Part shown: one piece after another, positions 9,581-19,875 of the stretch | Layout of the letters: each line of letters begins with the position of its first letter | Numbering within the stretch: position 1 is the first letter of the stretch | IMG/VR virus record: IMGVR_UViG_3300047557_001498 | Coordinates: 51,070 to 115,069 of that record | Length of the DNA: 64,000 nucleotides | Strand: one strand, 5' to 3' | From: a virus | The notes under the pieces: model-generated | Database searches by the model: none | Seen by the model: only the letters and a program-made list of their open reading frames with translations | What the model was told of the DNA's origin: nothing | Made by a program: the position numbers and the translations under genes

Positions 9581-12406
9581 TTAAATAGATAGTCTGACAT
9601 CGAATAATAATTCTCGTTCCATTGTCTTTTTCAAAGGTTTACTTAATTTGCCAACCGCAACTAGATTTTCATTATCGTCATACAGTCCGATAGTTGTTAC
9701 ATAAGTTACAGGTTCTATGTAAAAGTTTTTAACCTTTAATCTACCTTTTCCATCTGAAGAATGTGCAAATGTTGGATTGTTTGAATAGTTGGCATGATGT
9801 GCCGGTACTCGTATGAAATAATGTGTAACCGTATCTTTAAAAGTATTTCTACTGAAAAACGAATATCCATCTTGCATTGCATTATTTATAGAATCAAATA
9901 ATATCAATTCATTTTTAGCATCAACATTACTATCAGTATCTATATTAAAGTTTAATTCTGTTACGAATTTATTTGCATCGAATATGATAATGCCCATGTT
10001 TGGATATATCTTACCGTAAGTAGTATATGTTGTATTAGTATCTGAATTACTTGCACCCGATGAATGAAATCCAGATAACAAACTTCCACTAACTAAATCG
10101 AATGAATAGTATGGGGATTCATCGAAATACTTTGTATTCGTTGGATCCTGTGATGTATCTATTAAAGTTATTATATTAGATGGATTTGAAATATCCGATA
10201 AACTTATTTGTAAATTACCCGCGTCAATTCTATCTTTCATTGAATCTTTATCGAATTTCATAATGTATATGTGTTCTGATTCCGGAGATAAAATACCATT
10301 TGAGTAAAAAGAAAATGGAGATACATCATCGTTTGTAAATAATTTATATTGTGAATAATTTATCTTTGATGTAGTATCTTTGTCTCTTTCACCAACCTTT
10401 AATGATCCTGATCCAGATACGTGGGCATACAATAACGAAAATTGTTTTATATCATTTTCATCGGTTATATCTGTATAGTATTTTTTAGTATCATCATTTT
10501 GTATAGAACTTGTATACATTATACTCATCGATGGACTATTATTGAATGCACCATTAGTTTCTATAATATTTAAACCATTCAACATATCTTTTTCAAAAGA
10601 CATCTTATGCAATACGGCAGGTTTAGTCATATCGTGACAATTTGTTCTATCAATATGTCTTATTTCCAATCTAGTTGGAACTGAATTTGGTGGTACTATT
10701 CTATTTTCATAATAATAATTCCCATCATCAGGACAGACGGTGTATATGGTATCTGTATGTAGGACATCACATTCATTTGGATCATTTGGATCAATGTATG
10801 GGGGATTCTGAACAGATACTTCTATGCATTCACACGTCTTATCTATGGAATTTCTTATTATATTTTCCCATTCCACTATAACTTGAGAAGAAGAAACTAT
10901 CTTGTATTCATATTTTATTGTCCTTGATCCATAAACCAATCCATCATCACCAACTCTACCATCGAAACATTCTTTACTTGATGTATGTTCGTAGTGAATT
11001 AGTGCATCATATGTTGCGGGTAAACCTTGATAACATGGTCTTCCTGGTATTGGATAAAATTTAGATGTATCTTTTGATATTAAAGTATAAACATCTAAAT
11101 CATTTCTTCTTCTAACATCTGTAACAACAAATGGCAATTTAGTACAATCATCACTTGGTAATTTTTGAACACAATTTGTTTTACCACGGCAAATGTTTTC
11201 ATACCCATCGTCATCCAGTCTTGTGCTAACCCTCAACCATTTTGCAGCCCTTGGCATATAATAACCCTCTGCAAAATCAGATTGTAATGGGAAACCATCA
11301 ACTTCAAGTGCTAACATTACTCCATCATAATAATCCTTCCCATCATCTAATCTAGGATTGGTTGGATCAACACTAACATTATCGAATCTGTAACCTACCC
11401 ATGTTTTCCATATAGTTTGCCATATAATATTTTGTGTTATAGGATTATCATGTGTCTCTGTTCCACCATTTTGATTTACACGAATTTCATTTGAATCTAA
11501 TGTGAAACCGTCCCATGTAACCATTTCTCCAAAATTATTTACAGAAAACTCACCTGCCTCAGGAACAACACCCCTTCCCTTCGGCACAGTCCCTCTTTTT
11601 ACAAGTGGAACCATTTTTTTATACAATGGAGCTTCCGATAAAGTTGGTGGTTCTATTAAATCAAAAGTTATTGGACTTTCTAAATTAACATCTTGTGGTT
11701 GTGGTCTTTCTTGTTTTAATCGTGTTGTTAAATCAACATCATTGCCGGTTGTGTTTGACTTTTGTTTAAAGTCTAAACCGGAAAGTGATTCTATTTCTTC
11801 TACTGAAAATTTGTAATACCAACTGATTTGATTTCTATTTGATGGTAAAGTTCTAGCTGTATTTGAAAACGGAAGAAACGGAGAAGTTATTATCTGTGGT
11901 GATGATGTGGATGAACAATCATCTATACTATACTCTAACTGTCCGGATGCAAGTAATACATCACTTTTAATTATACCAGACATAACTTCTTCTATCGGTG
12001 TCTGTCCAATAGAATTTATTACAACCTTTCTTTTTAAATACAAATAAATGTCTGCTACCAAATCCCATCTTCCAGGTATGGTATTTCCAGCAATTATTGT
12101 ATTCAATCTTATATTATTATCATCGTATATTGGAACGAGTCTTATATCACGAATAGCATATGCAATGGATCCATCCTCAAACTCACCCTTTTCTCCGAGT
12201 AAGTTTCTGATTTGCATTTCACCATCTTTTACATATTCCGGTAAAATACCACCTTCGGAAGACGGCTTAAAATATAAACGCCAATCCGTTAATTTATTAC
12301 GAGTTCCATCCTCGTTTAAAATTGGACTATATCTTGCTTCATCTTCCGGAACTTGTATGTTTGTGCGTGGTATTCCACCTAATTTATTTCCGTAGGTAAG
12401 TCTCAT
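9581..12406 (-). CDS. Large virion structural protein with a C-terminal tail-collar/baseplate-type domain and a Cys-rich middle
   Basis: C-terminal NYSNNPTF...YVTTIGLYDDNENLVAVGKLSKP resembles tail-collar fibre modules. Confidence 0.55.
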   Translation of the reverse strand: MRLTYGNKLGGIPRTNIQVPEDEARYSPILNEDGTRNKLTDWRLYFKPSSEGGILPEYVKDGEMQIRNLLGEKGEFEDGSIAYAIRDIRLVPIYDDNNIRLNTIIAGNTIPGRWDLVADIYLYLKRKVVINSIGQTPIEEVMSGIIKSDVLLASGQLEYSIDDCSSTSSPQIITSPFLPFSNTARTLPSNRNQISWYYKFSVEEIESLSGLDFKQKSNTTGNDVDLTTRLKQERPQPQDVNLESPITFDLIEPPTLSEAPLYKKMVPLVKRGTVPKGRGVVPEAGEFSVNNFGEMVTWDGFTLDSNEIRVNQNGGTETHDNPITQNIIWQTIWKTWVGYRFDNVSVDPTNPRLDDGKDYYDGVMLALEVDGFPLQSDFAEGYYMPRAAKWLRVSTRLDDDGYENICRGKTNCVQKLPSDDCTKLPFVVTDVRRRNDLDVYTLISKDTSKFYPIPGRPCYQGLPATYDALIHYEHTSSKECFDGRVGDDGLVYGSRTIKYEYKIVSSSQVIVEWENIIRNSIDKTCECIEVSVQNPPYIDPNDPNECDVLHTDTIYTVCPDDGNYYYENRIVPPNSVPTRLEIRHIDRTNCHDMTKPAVLHKMSFEKDMLNGLNIIETNGAFNNSPSMSIMYTSSIQNDDTKKYYTDITDENDIKQFSLLYAHVSGSGSLKVGERDKDTTSKINYSQYKLFTNDDVSPFSFYSNGILSPESEHIYIMKFDKDSMKDRIDAGNLQISLSDISNPSNIITLIDTSQDPTNTKYFDESPYYSFDLVSGSLLSGFHSSGASNSDTNTTYTTYGKIYPNMGIIIFDANKFVTELNFNIDTDSNVDAKNELILFDSINNAMQDGYSFFSRNTFKDTVTHYFIRVPAHHANYSNNPTFAHSSDGKGRLKVKNFYIEPVTYVTTIGLYDDNENLVAVGKLSKPLKKTMERELLFDVRLSI

Positions 12407-12425
12407 TATTTATTTTACTTTTATA

Positions 12426-12803
12426 TTAGAAACAACTTGTTAATAGTGCCAACTCTTTATTATTGAATTTATTTTTTGCATATAAAAGAAGTGCAATTTT
12501 AATTGATTCGGTATATTTAGTCAAGTGTTGTGCATCAACTACTAACAATGCATCTTCTTCAAATTTTTCATATTGTTTATGAATATCTTTTATTGAGTTT
12601 AATATGGCAGTATATTGTTTTTGATCTACCAATTTTGATAATTCAATTAAAGCAGATACCACATCGCCTTTTTCTGCGCAAAATTCTTTCATTTTTTTAA
12701 CAGCGTTTTCTACTTTTGTATCAACACCGTCAGTTTCTTCTTTAATGATACCGAGTAATTTTTCCGCATCTTTCATTAACTTAACTCTTGATGAAATGTT
12801 CAT
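12426..12803 (-). CDS. Hypothetical helical protein, candidate internal head protein
   Basis: GGAGG SD upstream; N-terminal ...LLGIIKE-E. Confidence 0.6.
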   Translation of the reverse strand: MNISSRVKLMKDAEKLLGIIKEETDGVDTKVENAVKKMKEFCAEKGDVVSALIELSKLVDQKQYTAILNSIKDIHKQYEKFEEDALLVVDAQHLTKYTESIKIALLLYAKNKFNNKELALLTSCF

Positions 12804-12815
12804 CTTTTCCTCCGG

Positions 12816-13019
12816 TTATTTACGGGATAATAAAAAATAAAGTCCAAAAAATAACAGCGCTACCGAGTAAAATATAATATCGGTAACGATGTAACTCCCT
12901 GTAAGTTTTGTCACTAAAGCAAAAGCCGCATCGAATCCAAGCGGATTGAAAAAAGTCCCAAGTATTAAACATACTTTTGCCAACACATCTTTGTATTTTT
13001 TTGGTTTTCTTTCTGACAT
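12816..13019 (-). CDS. Small two-TM membrane protein
   Basis: Two hydrophobic segments following a basic N-terminus. Confidence 0.55.
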   Translation of the reverse strand: MSERKPKKYKDVLAKVCLILGTFFNPLGFDAAFALVTKLTGSYIVTDIIFYSVALLFFGLYFLLSRK

Positions 13020-13084
13020 TACGCCATCCCATCTGATTACCTTGTTGTTAAAAATACTATTGTAAATATAAATATGGGATAACT

Positions 13085-13111
13085 AAAAAAGGGGTGGAAA
13101 TCCACCCCTTT
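13085..13111 (-). terminator. Rho-independent terminator
   Basis: GGGGTGG/CCACCCC stem followed by a U6 run on the minus strand, just after the Hc1-like gene. Confidence 0.85.
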
Positions 13112-13121
13112 CATTTTTTTA

Positions 13122-13301
13122 TTATTTTTTTGCTTCTTTTGCTTCGGCAACAGATGCTTGATTATACGGTGTAATCAACTTTTTAATTGAACTTGCTGCT
13201 TTACGAGCAACAGCCGCATCTTTCTTTTTTGTTGAATTATGAGCAACTGTAAACTCATTAAATAGGTTTGTCAGTTGTTCATAAAGTTCTTGCTTAGTCA
13301 T
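13122..13301 (-). CDS. Histone H1-like Hc1-family small basic protein (59 aa, below the ORF-track cutoff)
   Basis: Manual translation MTKQELYEQLTNLFNEFTVAHNSTKKKDAAVARKAASSIKKLITPYNQASVAEAKEAKK; AGGAGG SD upstream; resembles the Bacteroidota Hc1-like KAA..RARKA pattern. Confidence 0.7.
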   Translation of the reverse strand: MTKQELYEQLTNLFNEFTVAHNSTKKKDAAVARKAASSIKKLITPYNQASVAEAKEAKK

Positions 13302-13320
13302 AGAAACCTCCTATGTAAAA

Positions 13321-14196
13321 TTAAAGTATTTCAGGTATCGGTAGTTTTGCCTTTGTTATATTTTGTATAAACAATTCACGAATTGTCTGTCTAACATCCG
13401 AAACCTTACTTGGTTTATTAAAAACAATATCATATAACTTTTCAAAAGATGATACATCTTCTGTTGTATATTCCTCTCCTAAAAAGAAATCTACTAATTC
13501 TTCCGGAACTTGAGTTAAAAATGTCTCACTTCCTGCAATAGTTTTTCCGGCTTTTATTATACTACCTCCTTTTCCGGCATAACTTTTTGTTAATTGATAG
13601 ACTCCCCTATCGTGTCTCAATACATATTTACGAACTTCTATTGGAATACCTGTATCAGATTGTTTTAGTATTTCATATTTGAATCCCGCAATAACAGAAG
13701 ACAATAAAAAGTTTCTATATGCAGATTTATATTTTGATTCACCCTTTGAATAATCTGGTGATGAATAAATAAATTTCGTCCAATTCATGTTACTTGATAA
13801 CATAAAATCAACTTGAACTGGTTCATCAGTAACTCTGCCGACTATGGGATATGGTATTGATACTTGTGAAAATCCGCGCAAAGGTTCAACATCATATCCC
13901 ATTTCTGTTAATTTATTTATCAACCAATCTAAAACATCGCTCAACTTTAGTTTATTCACAGATGCGAGTTGATCAATGGAAACGCCTATGTCTAAATCTC
14001 CAGATAGTTGGTCTTCACTTTTTTTACCAGCACTTCCCAATAAAAAGCAATCGGTTCCAAGTCCAATAAGACCGAGTGGTTTCAATACATCTGTCTCAAT
14101 TTTTGAGACAGTTGCAGGGACTTCACTCTGTTTTATACCAACAACATCTGGAAATAAATTCCCACCTTCTAATAATATATCTTTTAATTTAATCAT
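13321..14196 (-). CDS. Putative Pol-beta superfamily nucleotidyltransferase with a capsid-targeting-like N-terminus
   Basis: LLGSAG...SGDLDIGV (GS..DxD) and a later QVDFM acidic residue; starts MIKLKDILLE-GG. Confidence 0.6.
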   Translation of the reverse strand: MIKLKDILLEGGNLFPDVVGIKQSEVPATVSKIETDVLKPLGLIGLGTDCFLLGSAGKKSEDQLSGDLDIGVSIDQLASVNKLKLSDVLDWLINKLTEMGYDVEPLRGFSQVSIPYPIVGRVTDEPVQVDFMLSSNMNWTKFIYSSPDYSKGESKYKSAYRNFLLSSVIAGFKYEILKQSDTGIPIEVRKYVLRHDRGVYQLTKSYAGKGGSIIKAGKTIAGSETFLTQVPEELVDFFLGEEYTTEDVSSFEKLYDIVFNKPSKVSDVRQTIRELFIQNITKAKLPIPEIL

Positions 14197-14218
14197 ATCA
14201 ATAAATATAAAATATATT

Positions 14219-16072
14219 TTATTTTATCTCACAAGCACCACCTGCACACGCAAGTTCACCTGATAAGTCTGTATTATCTTCAAGTTCAATCACCTTACTC
14301 AAATCAACATCGTGCAATGTTTCCATCAACTGATTGTATTTTTCTTCGGTAATATCTTCAAATGGTGCCTGAATATATGTTCCACCGTCATAAGGCAATA
14401 CTGAAAGACCATTGAAGTGTTCTTTGTTTTCCCACATCCAATTACCAACCGCATCCCATTCATGTTCACGGATGGAAACTGTTGCAGAAATATTGTGAGT
14501 ATTCATACCCGTTCTGTGTCCAGGTTTAATCCAGTTCTGATTGAACCATTTTACTCTTTCCAATAACTGCAATGGACTTTCACTACGAAGTATAGAACCA
14601 TCCGGAGACTTTTGTGGAACACCAATAACAGCGGTATCATGCGGGCGGAAATATTCATCTTCAACCAATTCAGGATGATTGATTGCAAGATAAGAATAAA
14701 TTGCCTCGTTCTTACCAACACGAACACGGCGTAAATAGAAATCATTGTGCCATGCATGAATACCTGATGAACAACCTAATGTTAATGATGATGTTCCAGC
14801 AGGTTTAATTGTTGTTGTTCTTGCACTACGATTGATGCCGATTATACTAGCAACTCTTTCATTTTCTTCACGAGAAACTTTAGCAGCGGCTTTCAAATCA
14901 AACTTCTGAACTTTACCAGAACCGATGCCAGTCATACCAACACCGAGTAATGCATCTTTTTCCGTTGTTCTTTGCCAGATAGGGCGAAGATAATGGAAGT
15001 CTGTGTAGCCGGCTTGTAATGTTCCAATGAAAGAAGCGGCACGAACTCTTGCATCCAAATCTTCTTGACTTTCAACATCAGAAACATTTACCTCACATAG
15101 ATTGCAGAATTGGAATGGACGAAGTGCAATTTCACAACAGGGGTTTGTTCCCCAATCTTTATCATTTGAAAGATAAATTCCAGGTTCACCTGCATTAGAT
15201 AATTCTATTTTCTTCCAAAGTGATTTGAAAAATTCTTCGGAAACTTTACTACGAAGAAGAACTGCTGAATTATTTGCTCTGCCCCTTTGTGGATTTAGTT
15301 CCCACCAATTTCCAAACTTACAAGAAATCATATCGTCATCATCGGCAGAGAAAAGAGAGATAAGAGCTGCACGGCGAATACCACCAGCAAGAACTGCATC
15401 TGCAATGTGACAAACAATATCGTGAACTTCAATAGATGAAAGTTGTTCACCGTCTTGTTTCAAATCAAGTATTGCTCTAATCTTTTCGATACAGATGCGG
15501 AGTGGCTCTGGACCAGGTGCCTTACCACCACTTGTAATCAAACGAGCTCCCTTATGACGAATATCTGAATAATCAAACCGAATGGATGAACCACCAGTAA
15601 AGTATGACTTCATCAATGCCTTAATAGAATCCGCCCAACCTTCTATTGAATCACCAATCAAAAATCTTCTTTCTTTATTCTTTGGTCTGTGGATTGGTGG
15701 GAGTTTTTCTACATGATGTTTTTGAACAGAATATCCAACACCAGTTCCACCGAGAAGAAGAAACATAACTTCACCAAATGCACGCCAGTCATCAATAGGC
15801 AAGTATGCACAGTTGTAAATTCTGTTCGGAGAAATCTCTATGGGCTTACCACCAAACTGTAATGAACGCATTGATGGTAAGACTTTCTTATCATAGACAA
15901 ATTTATAGACATTTTCAATCTCATCTTTAAGTTGTGGGTATTTTCTTTGGTGCATTTCTTTGTTTCTCGTTACCAATTCTTCCCACGTTTCCCTACGATT
16001 CTTTTCAGGAATAAAACGAGCGTATTTCATATACACAGTAATTTCAGACAAAATTCGATTGCTAATGTCCAT
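14219..16072 (-). CDS. nrdJ: Class II (adenosylcobalamin-dependent) ribonucleotide reductase
   Basis: YNCAY, TNPCCEI, CNLCEVN, TTIKPAGTSS and C-terminal CAGGACEIK; no beta-subunit gene adjacent. Confidence 0.9.
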   Translation of the reverse strand: MDISNRILSEITVYMKYARFIPEKNRRETWEELVTRNKEMHQRKYPQLKDEIENVYKFVYDKKVLPSMRSLQFGGKPIEISPNRIYNCAYLPIDDWRAFGEVMFLLLGGTGVGYSVQKHHVEKLPPIHRPKNKERRFLIGDSIEGWADSIKALMKSYFTGGSSIRFDYSDIRHKGARLITSGGKAPGPEPLRICIEKIRAILDLKQDGEQLSSIEVHDIVCHIADAVLAGGIRRAALISLFSADDDDMISCKFGNWWELNPQRGRANNSAVLLRSKVSEEFFKSLWKKIELSNAGEPGIYLSNDKDWGTNPCCEIALRPFQFCNLCEVNVSDVESQEDLDARVRAASFIGTLQAGYTDFHYLRPIWQRTTEKDALLGVGMTGIGSGKVQKFDLKAAAKVSREENERVASIIGINRSARTTTIKPAGTSSLTLGCSSGIHAWHNDFYLRRVRVGKNEAIYSYLAINHPELVEDEYFRPHDTAVIGVPQKSPDGSILRSESPLQLLERVKWFNQNWIKPGHRTGMNTHNISATVSIREHEWDAVGNWMWENKEHFNGLSVLPYDGGTYIQAPFEDITEEKYNQLMETLHDVDLSKVIELEDNTDLSGELACAGGACEIK

Positions 16073-16188
16073 TTATTTCTCCATTTATTTTTTTATTAAA
16101 AACGTTGATTTGCTACTATAAAACAAAACGATATAGTAATAACTATACCGTTTGAAAGAAAAAAATTGGGTTTTGCTAAATTATTTTT

Positions 16189-16770
16189 TTAATAGTTTCC
16201 CACATTCCATGTTTGGCCATCCCACCATTCAAAGTTGGGATAATGTGATTTGTAATGGAATTGTTCATACCACTCTCCAATATAAAGATACGGATAATCA
16301 TGGTTTAACAATTCATTTATGAAAAAATAACAAGTCATTGGTGTTATACCTTCTCTGCGAACTTTACCACCCACTACGAGTGAAAAGTAAGGTATATTGC
16401 CAAACCAATTAAGTACACCAAATACACTATTATTAAAATAATATATTTCATGTTCAAACGATAAAACCGTGTCCAAGTATTCTTCTATTATTGGATCATA
16501 TAGATACTTTGAACTTTCAAAAATTTTTCGATAATCACCTGATTTGCTTATTCTAATCTTTGCAAGTTGGTAGTGTCTTCTTGCAGAAATAGGAGCAATT
16601 TTTACCCTTGATGACCTTGATTGATACCATTCTCCGTCTGTGGTTGGCAACCAACCCATTTCAAAAAGATATTGTGGAGTTTCATTCTCCGGTTTACAAA
16701 ACAGTTCACATAAATCGGCATGGGTGTTTAAATCATACTGACCGTTCAAATGACTGATTCGTATTTTCAT
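16189..16770 (-). CDS. Putative aminoacyl-tRNA-protein transferase (ATE1/Bpt-like, GNAT fold)
   Basis: MGWLP...WYQSRSSRV near the N-terminus; YLYIGEWY...YKSHY resembles the ATE_C Y-Y-L-G...YK motif. Confidence 0.5.
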   Translation of the reverse strand: MKIRISHLNGQYDLNTHADLCELFCKPENETPQYLFEMGWLPTTDGEWYQSRSSRVKIAPISARRHYQLAKIRISKSGDYRKIFESSKYLYDPIIEEYLDTVLSFEHEIYYFNNSVFGVLNWFGNIPYFSLVVGGKVRREGITPMTCYFFINELLNHDYPYLYIGEWYEQFHYKSHYPNFEWWDGQTWNVGNY

Positions 16771-17455
16771 TTAACCTCTCGTTATAGTGCTTTGACCGTT
16801 CTTCATTGGATTCACCGGCATCCAAATCGGTATGGTCGTAATTCATGTTTTCCGTGTCCGGCGTAACCCATCGGTGATTCCGTTCAGCTGTCCATAGTGT
16901 ATTGTTATACATTCGGTCTACTACAATATTTTGTTTTGTAGTAAATGCTGGATCGTGAAGCAAAAAACGATTATTGGGTTGTATGGCAAAATTACCATTG
17001 TCCATCATTATTACATGGCCACACTTATGCTGTGAGGGGTATTCGGAGAATAAATAATTAGTATCTCCCGAATCTGTGCTAGCAGCCCAGTCTAACGTAA
17101 ATAAATATCTACCTTTGTATTCTTTTCTTCGTCTTGAAATAAATTTTACTACTTTATTTTTCAAGTACGGAAATTCTGTTGCAGATACATGATATGAAAA
17201 AGAATCCCATAAAACCAATTCATCCAATTCTTGTTCGGGCGAATCTTCTTTCCAACAAAAGGCATGAATGGGCATTCTCCACCAAATACCACCATCCTCC
17301 ATAACAAAATGAAATAGTGGTGCCTGACCAGGTATTGATGACATTCCTATAATTAAACATGGAAATTTTTTATCGAACATATCTTTTTGGTCACGAAGAA
17401 AATTACCACGAACATATGCATCAATAATTGGTATTGGTGTATTTAGATAAGCCAT
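16733..17455 (-). CDS. Conserved phage hypothetical protein
   Basis: 240 aa; MAYLNTPIP start and GNFAIQPNNR motif, recognisable from phage hypotheticals. Confidence 0.65.
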   Translation of the reverse strand: MAYLNTPIPIIDAYVRGNFLRDQKDMFDKKFPCLIIGMSSIPGQAPLFHFVMEDGGIWWRMPIHAFCWKEDSPEQELDELVLWDSFSYHVSATEFPYLKNKVVKFISRRRKEYKGRYLFTLDWAASTDSGDTNYLFSEYPSQHKCGHVIMMDNGNFAIQPNNRFLLHDPAFTTKQNIVVDRMYNNTLWTAERNHRWVTPDTENMNYDHTDLDAGESNEERSKHYNERLNENTNQSFERSV

Positions 17456-18807
17456 TAGAAACCTTCTAATTCTTTGAATTTTTGTGAAAGAGCTTTCTTA
17501 ACATTCATATCACCTTTCATTGAAACCGTCACACTTTGACCCATATCTGATGATGGTTCGTATATTTCAATATGACCAGTCATTGTATTTATTTTACTTG
17601 GAAATGTCATACCATCTGGACCAAAACGATTTTTAACTATATGCCATCTACCGGTTCCACCAACTTTGTCATTGAGCTTTCTTGACAGCGACATGATAAA
17701 ATCCGCAATCATAATTTTGTTATATGATTCTGAAACCTTACCACCTTCGATAACATCATCTTCAAGGGCAGAACGATTTGCCTGTGAAGCAGTCCATATG
17801 GGTATTTCATAAGTTCCACCAATACCACGAAGATCCTCGTAAATATCATTCAGTTCTAATCTCTTATCGGTTGCCTTTGCAGGTCTAATCAAATCTGCAT
17901 AATCAATAATAACCAAATCAGGTTTTTTACCTTGACTAATACATTTCTCAATGTGTGATGATATAGTATTTATACTTGCAGTTTTAGTTGGATAATACTT
18001 TACAATCAATTCACCTTTTAGAGTTTCCATTGTAGAACGAATTTTTTCTTGAGCGTGTTCTTCCGAAAGATTTTGGAATGCAATCTTTGTAAAATAAGCA
18101 TCAAATCTTCTTGCAACATAAAATTGATTTAATTCCAATGTATAATATATTACAGTCTTTCCTTCTTTTACGGCATTTGCCGCAATACTCACTAATCCCC
18201 AAGATTTACCGCCACCAGCAGGAGCGATAATAACACCAAGTTCACCGGCAGACAATCCACCGTTTGTAATATCATCTACAACATTCCATCCGGTAGGGAC
18301 ACAAGTTCTTGCACCTTCCTCATATCTTGCAATAATATCAACAAGATATTCGTGACCAATATCTTTGTCTGTTCCCGCTTTTAATGCAGTATCAATTTTC
18401 TTCTTTATCAAATCGTATTTACCACTCTTAAGCAAATCAACAGATTCGATGATTGCAACTTTCATCTTTTGGTTTTTACAAAACTCTAAAGTTGCGTTTT
18501 TTACATATTCCAAATCAGAACTGTCTTTATATTTTTTTGTTTCCGTAAGAGAATCAACAATAGTAGATTTCAAAACTTTATCATCCACCGCAAGTATTTC
18601 AGATTTAAAAACTTCTGGTGTTGGTGAACTGCGATAATTGTTGTAATAAGATATAATCTTTTCAACAATCCAAGAGTTTGCCTGTGATTCAAAATAATTT
18701 GGTTCTATAATATCGGAGACTTGTTGTAGAAATGATTTATCAGATAACAATGCGGTAATTACTTTTGTTTGAAAGGTATGACCGAATTGTGATAGATTAT
18801 CCTGCAT
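17455..18807 (-). CDS. Replicative DnaB-family helicase (T4 gp41-like)
   Basis: Walker A APAGGGKS, YTLEL, Walker B IIDYADL, WTASQANR, KNRFG. Confidence 0.93.
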   Translation of the reverse strand: MQDNLSQFGHTFQTKVITALLSDKSFLQQVSDIIEPNYFESQANSWIVEKIISYYNNYRSSPTPEVFKSEILAVDDKVLKSTIVDSLTETKKYKDSSDLEYVKNATLEFCKNQKMKVAIIESVDLLKSGKYDLIKKKIDTALKAGTDKDIGHEYLVDIIARYEEGARTCVPTGWNVVDDITNGGLSAGELGVIIAPAGGGKSWGLVSIAANAVKEGKTVIYYTLELNQFYVARRFDAYFTKIAFQNLSEEHAQEKIRSTMETLKGELIVKYYPTKTASINTISSHIEKCISQGKKPDLVIIDYADLIRPAKATDKRLELNDIYEDLRGIGGTYEIPIWTASQANRSALEDDVIEGGKVSESYNKIMIADFIMSLSRKLNDKVGGTGRWHIVKNRFGPDGMTFPSKINTMTGHIEIYEPSSDMGQSVTVSMKGDMNVKKALSQKFKELEGF

Positions 18808-19843
18808 TTTTATTCCTAAACTTGTTTAATTGTGTAAAATTCTTTTTCAACCATTCATCCCAATCTGCAATTATTGATTGCAACTTGTCTTGTAAATATA
18901 ATTTACCCAACTCCACCGTATTCATTGAATCTATCTCACCATCAACTAAACCACGAATATTTGATTTATGACTCTGTGAAATATCAACATCATGTAATTG
19001 CATGATGTCATAATTCGTTTGTAGTTTATTTGTACTATGTTTTAGTGTTTGAAGTGCCTTTAATTTACCATCATATAATTTACAAATTTCTATGAACTTT
19101 TCCAAATTTATTTTTTCTTTTTCCGATAATTGTGGGAAATGTTTTTTAATTGTTGTTTCGCCAACCCCATGAATACCAGAAACATTATCACTTTTATCAC
19201 CCATTAGTGCCTTGTATATGATATAATTCTCACACCATATACCAGTTTCTTCGAGTAGATTTTCTGGATTATACATCTTCTTTTTGGTTGGCAAATACAC
19301 ATTCACTTTATCTGAAACTAATTGTAGGAAGTCTCTGTCATTAGAAAGTATTACTACTTTTTCTTTGAAATACGAAGAAAGATATGCAATAACATCATCT
19401 GCTTCTATATTGTCTATCATTATTATAGTTACCGGCAGATTTTGTAAATAAGCAAAAACACGCAACATTTGATGTTTCATTGCCGCCTGTTCATCATCAA
19501 TACCTTCAAACCCGACAACACGGTTCAACTTTGATTTTATTGCCCTACCTTCTTTGTAGTTTGAATATATTTTTTTCCTTCGATGTGAACCACCCTTTCC
19601 ATCAAAGACAACAACAACCCGCGTTGGATTTACCATGCGGATTGTTGCTCCAAGCGACTTTAAGAATCCAGATAGACCACCGACATGAATACCATCTTCG
19701 TTCAATGTTGGGATGGCAGAAAAGGTGCGTATGAAAAGATTCATCCCATCAACAATCAAAACCTTACTATCACGATGTAGGTTTACTTGTTCGGCGTTTT
19801 CTGTTTCTATTTCTTGTAAAAGTCTTTGATATTTTTTGTTCAT
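18797..19843 (-). CDS. 5'-3' exonuclease / RNase H (FEN-like, T4 rnh-like); likely start MNKKYQ
   Basis: LIVDGMN, VFDG, YKEGR, EADDVIA, SNDRDFLQL, GDKSDNVSG. Confidence 0.9.
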   Translation of the reverse strand: MNKKYQRLLQEIETENAEQVNLHRDSKVLIVDGMNLFIRTFSAIPTLNEDGIHVGGLSGFLKSLGATIRMVNPTRVVVVFDGKGGSHRRKKIYSNYKEGRAIKSKLNRVVGFEGIDDEQAAMKHQMLRVFAYLQNLPVTIIMIDNIEADDVIAYLSSYFKEKVVILSNDRDFLQLVSDKVNVYLPTKKKMYNPENLLEETGIWCENYIIYKALMGDKSDNVSGIHGVGETTIKKHFPQLSEKEKINLEKFIEICKLYDGKLKALQTLKHSTNKLQTNYDIMQLHDVDISQSHKSNIRGLVDGEIDSMNTVELGKLYLQDKLQSIIADWDEWLKKNFTQLNKFRNKNAG

Positions 19844-19875
19844 TGTAACCAATTCCATATATCGTTTTATCAATA

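Noticed and set aside
16073-16188. Cobalamin riboswitch or NrdR box upstream of nrdJ
   Set aside because: The gap is short and AT-rich with only a weak TACTATA/TATAGTA inverted repeat; no B12-box or NrdR consensus.
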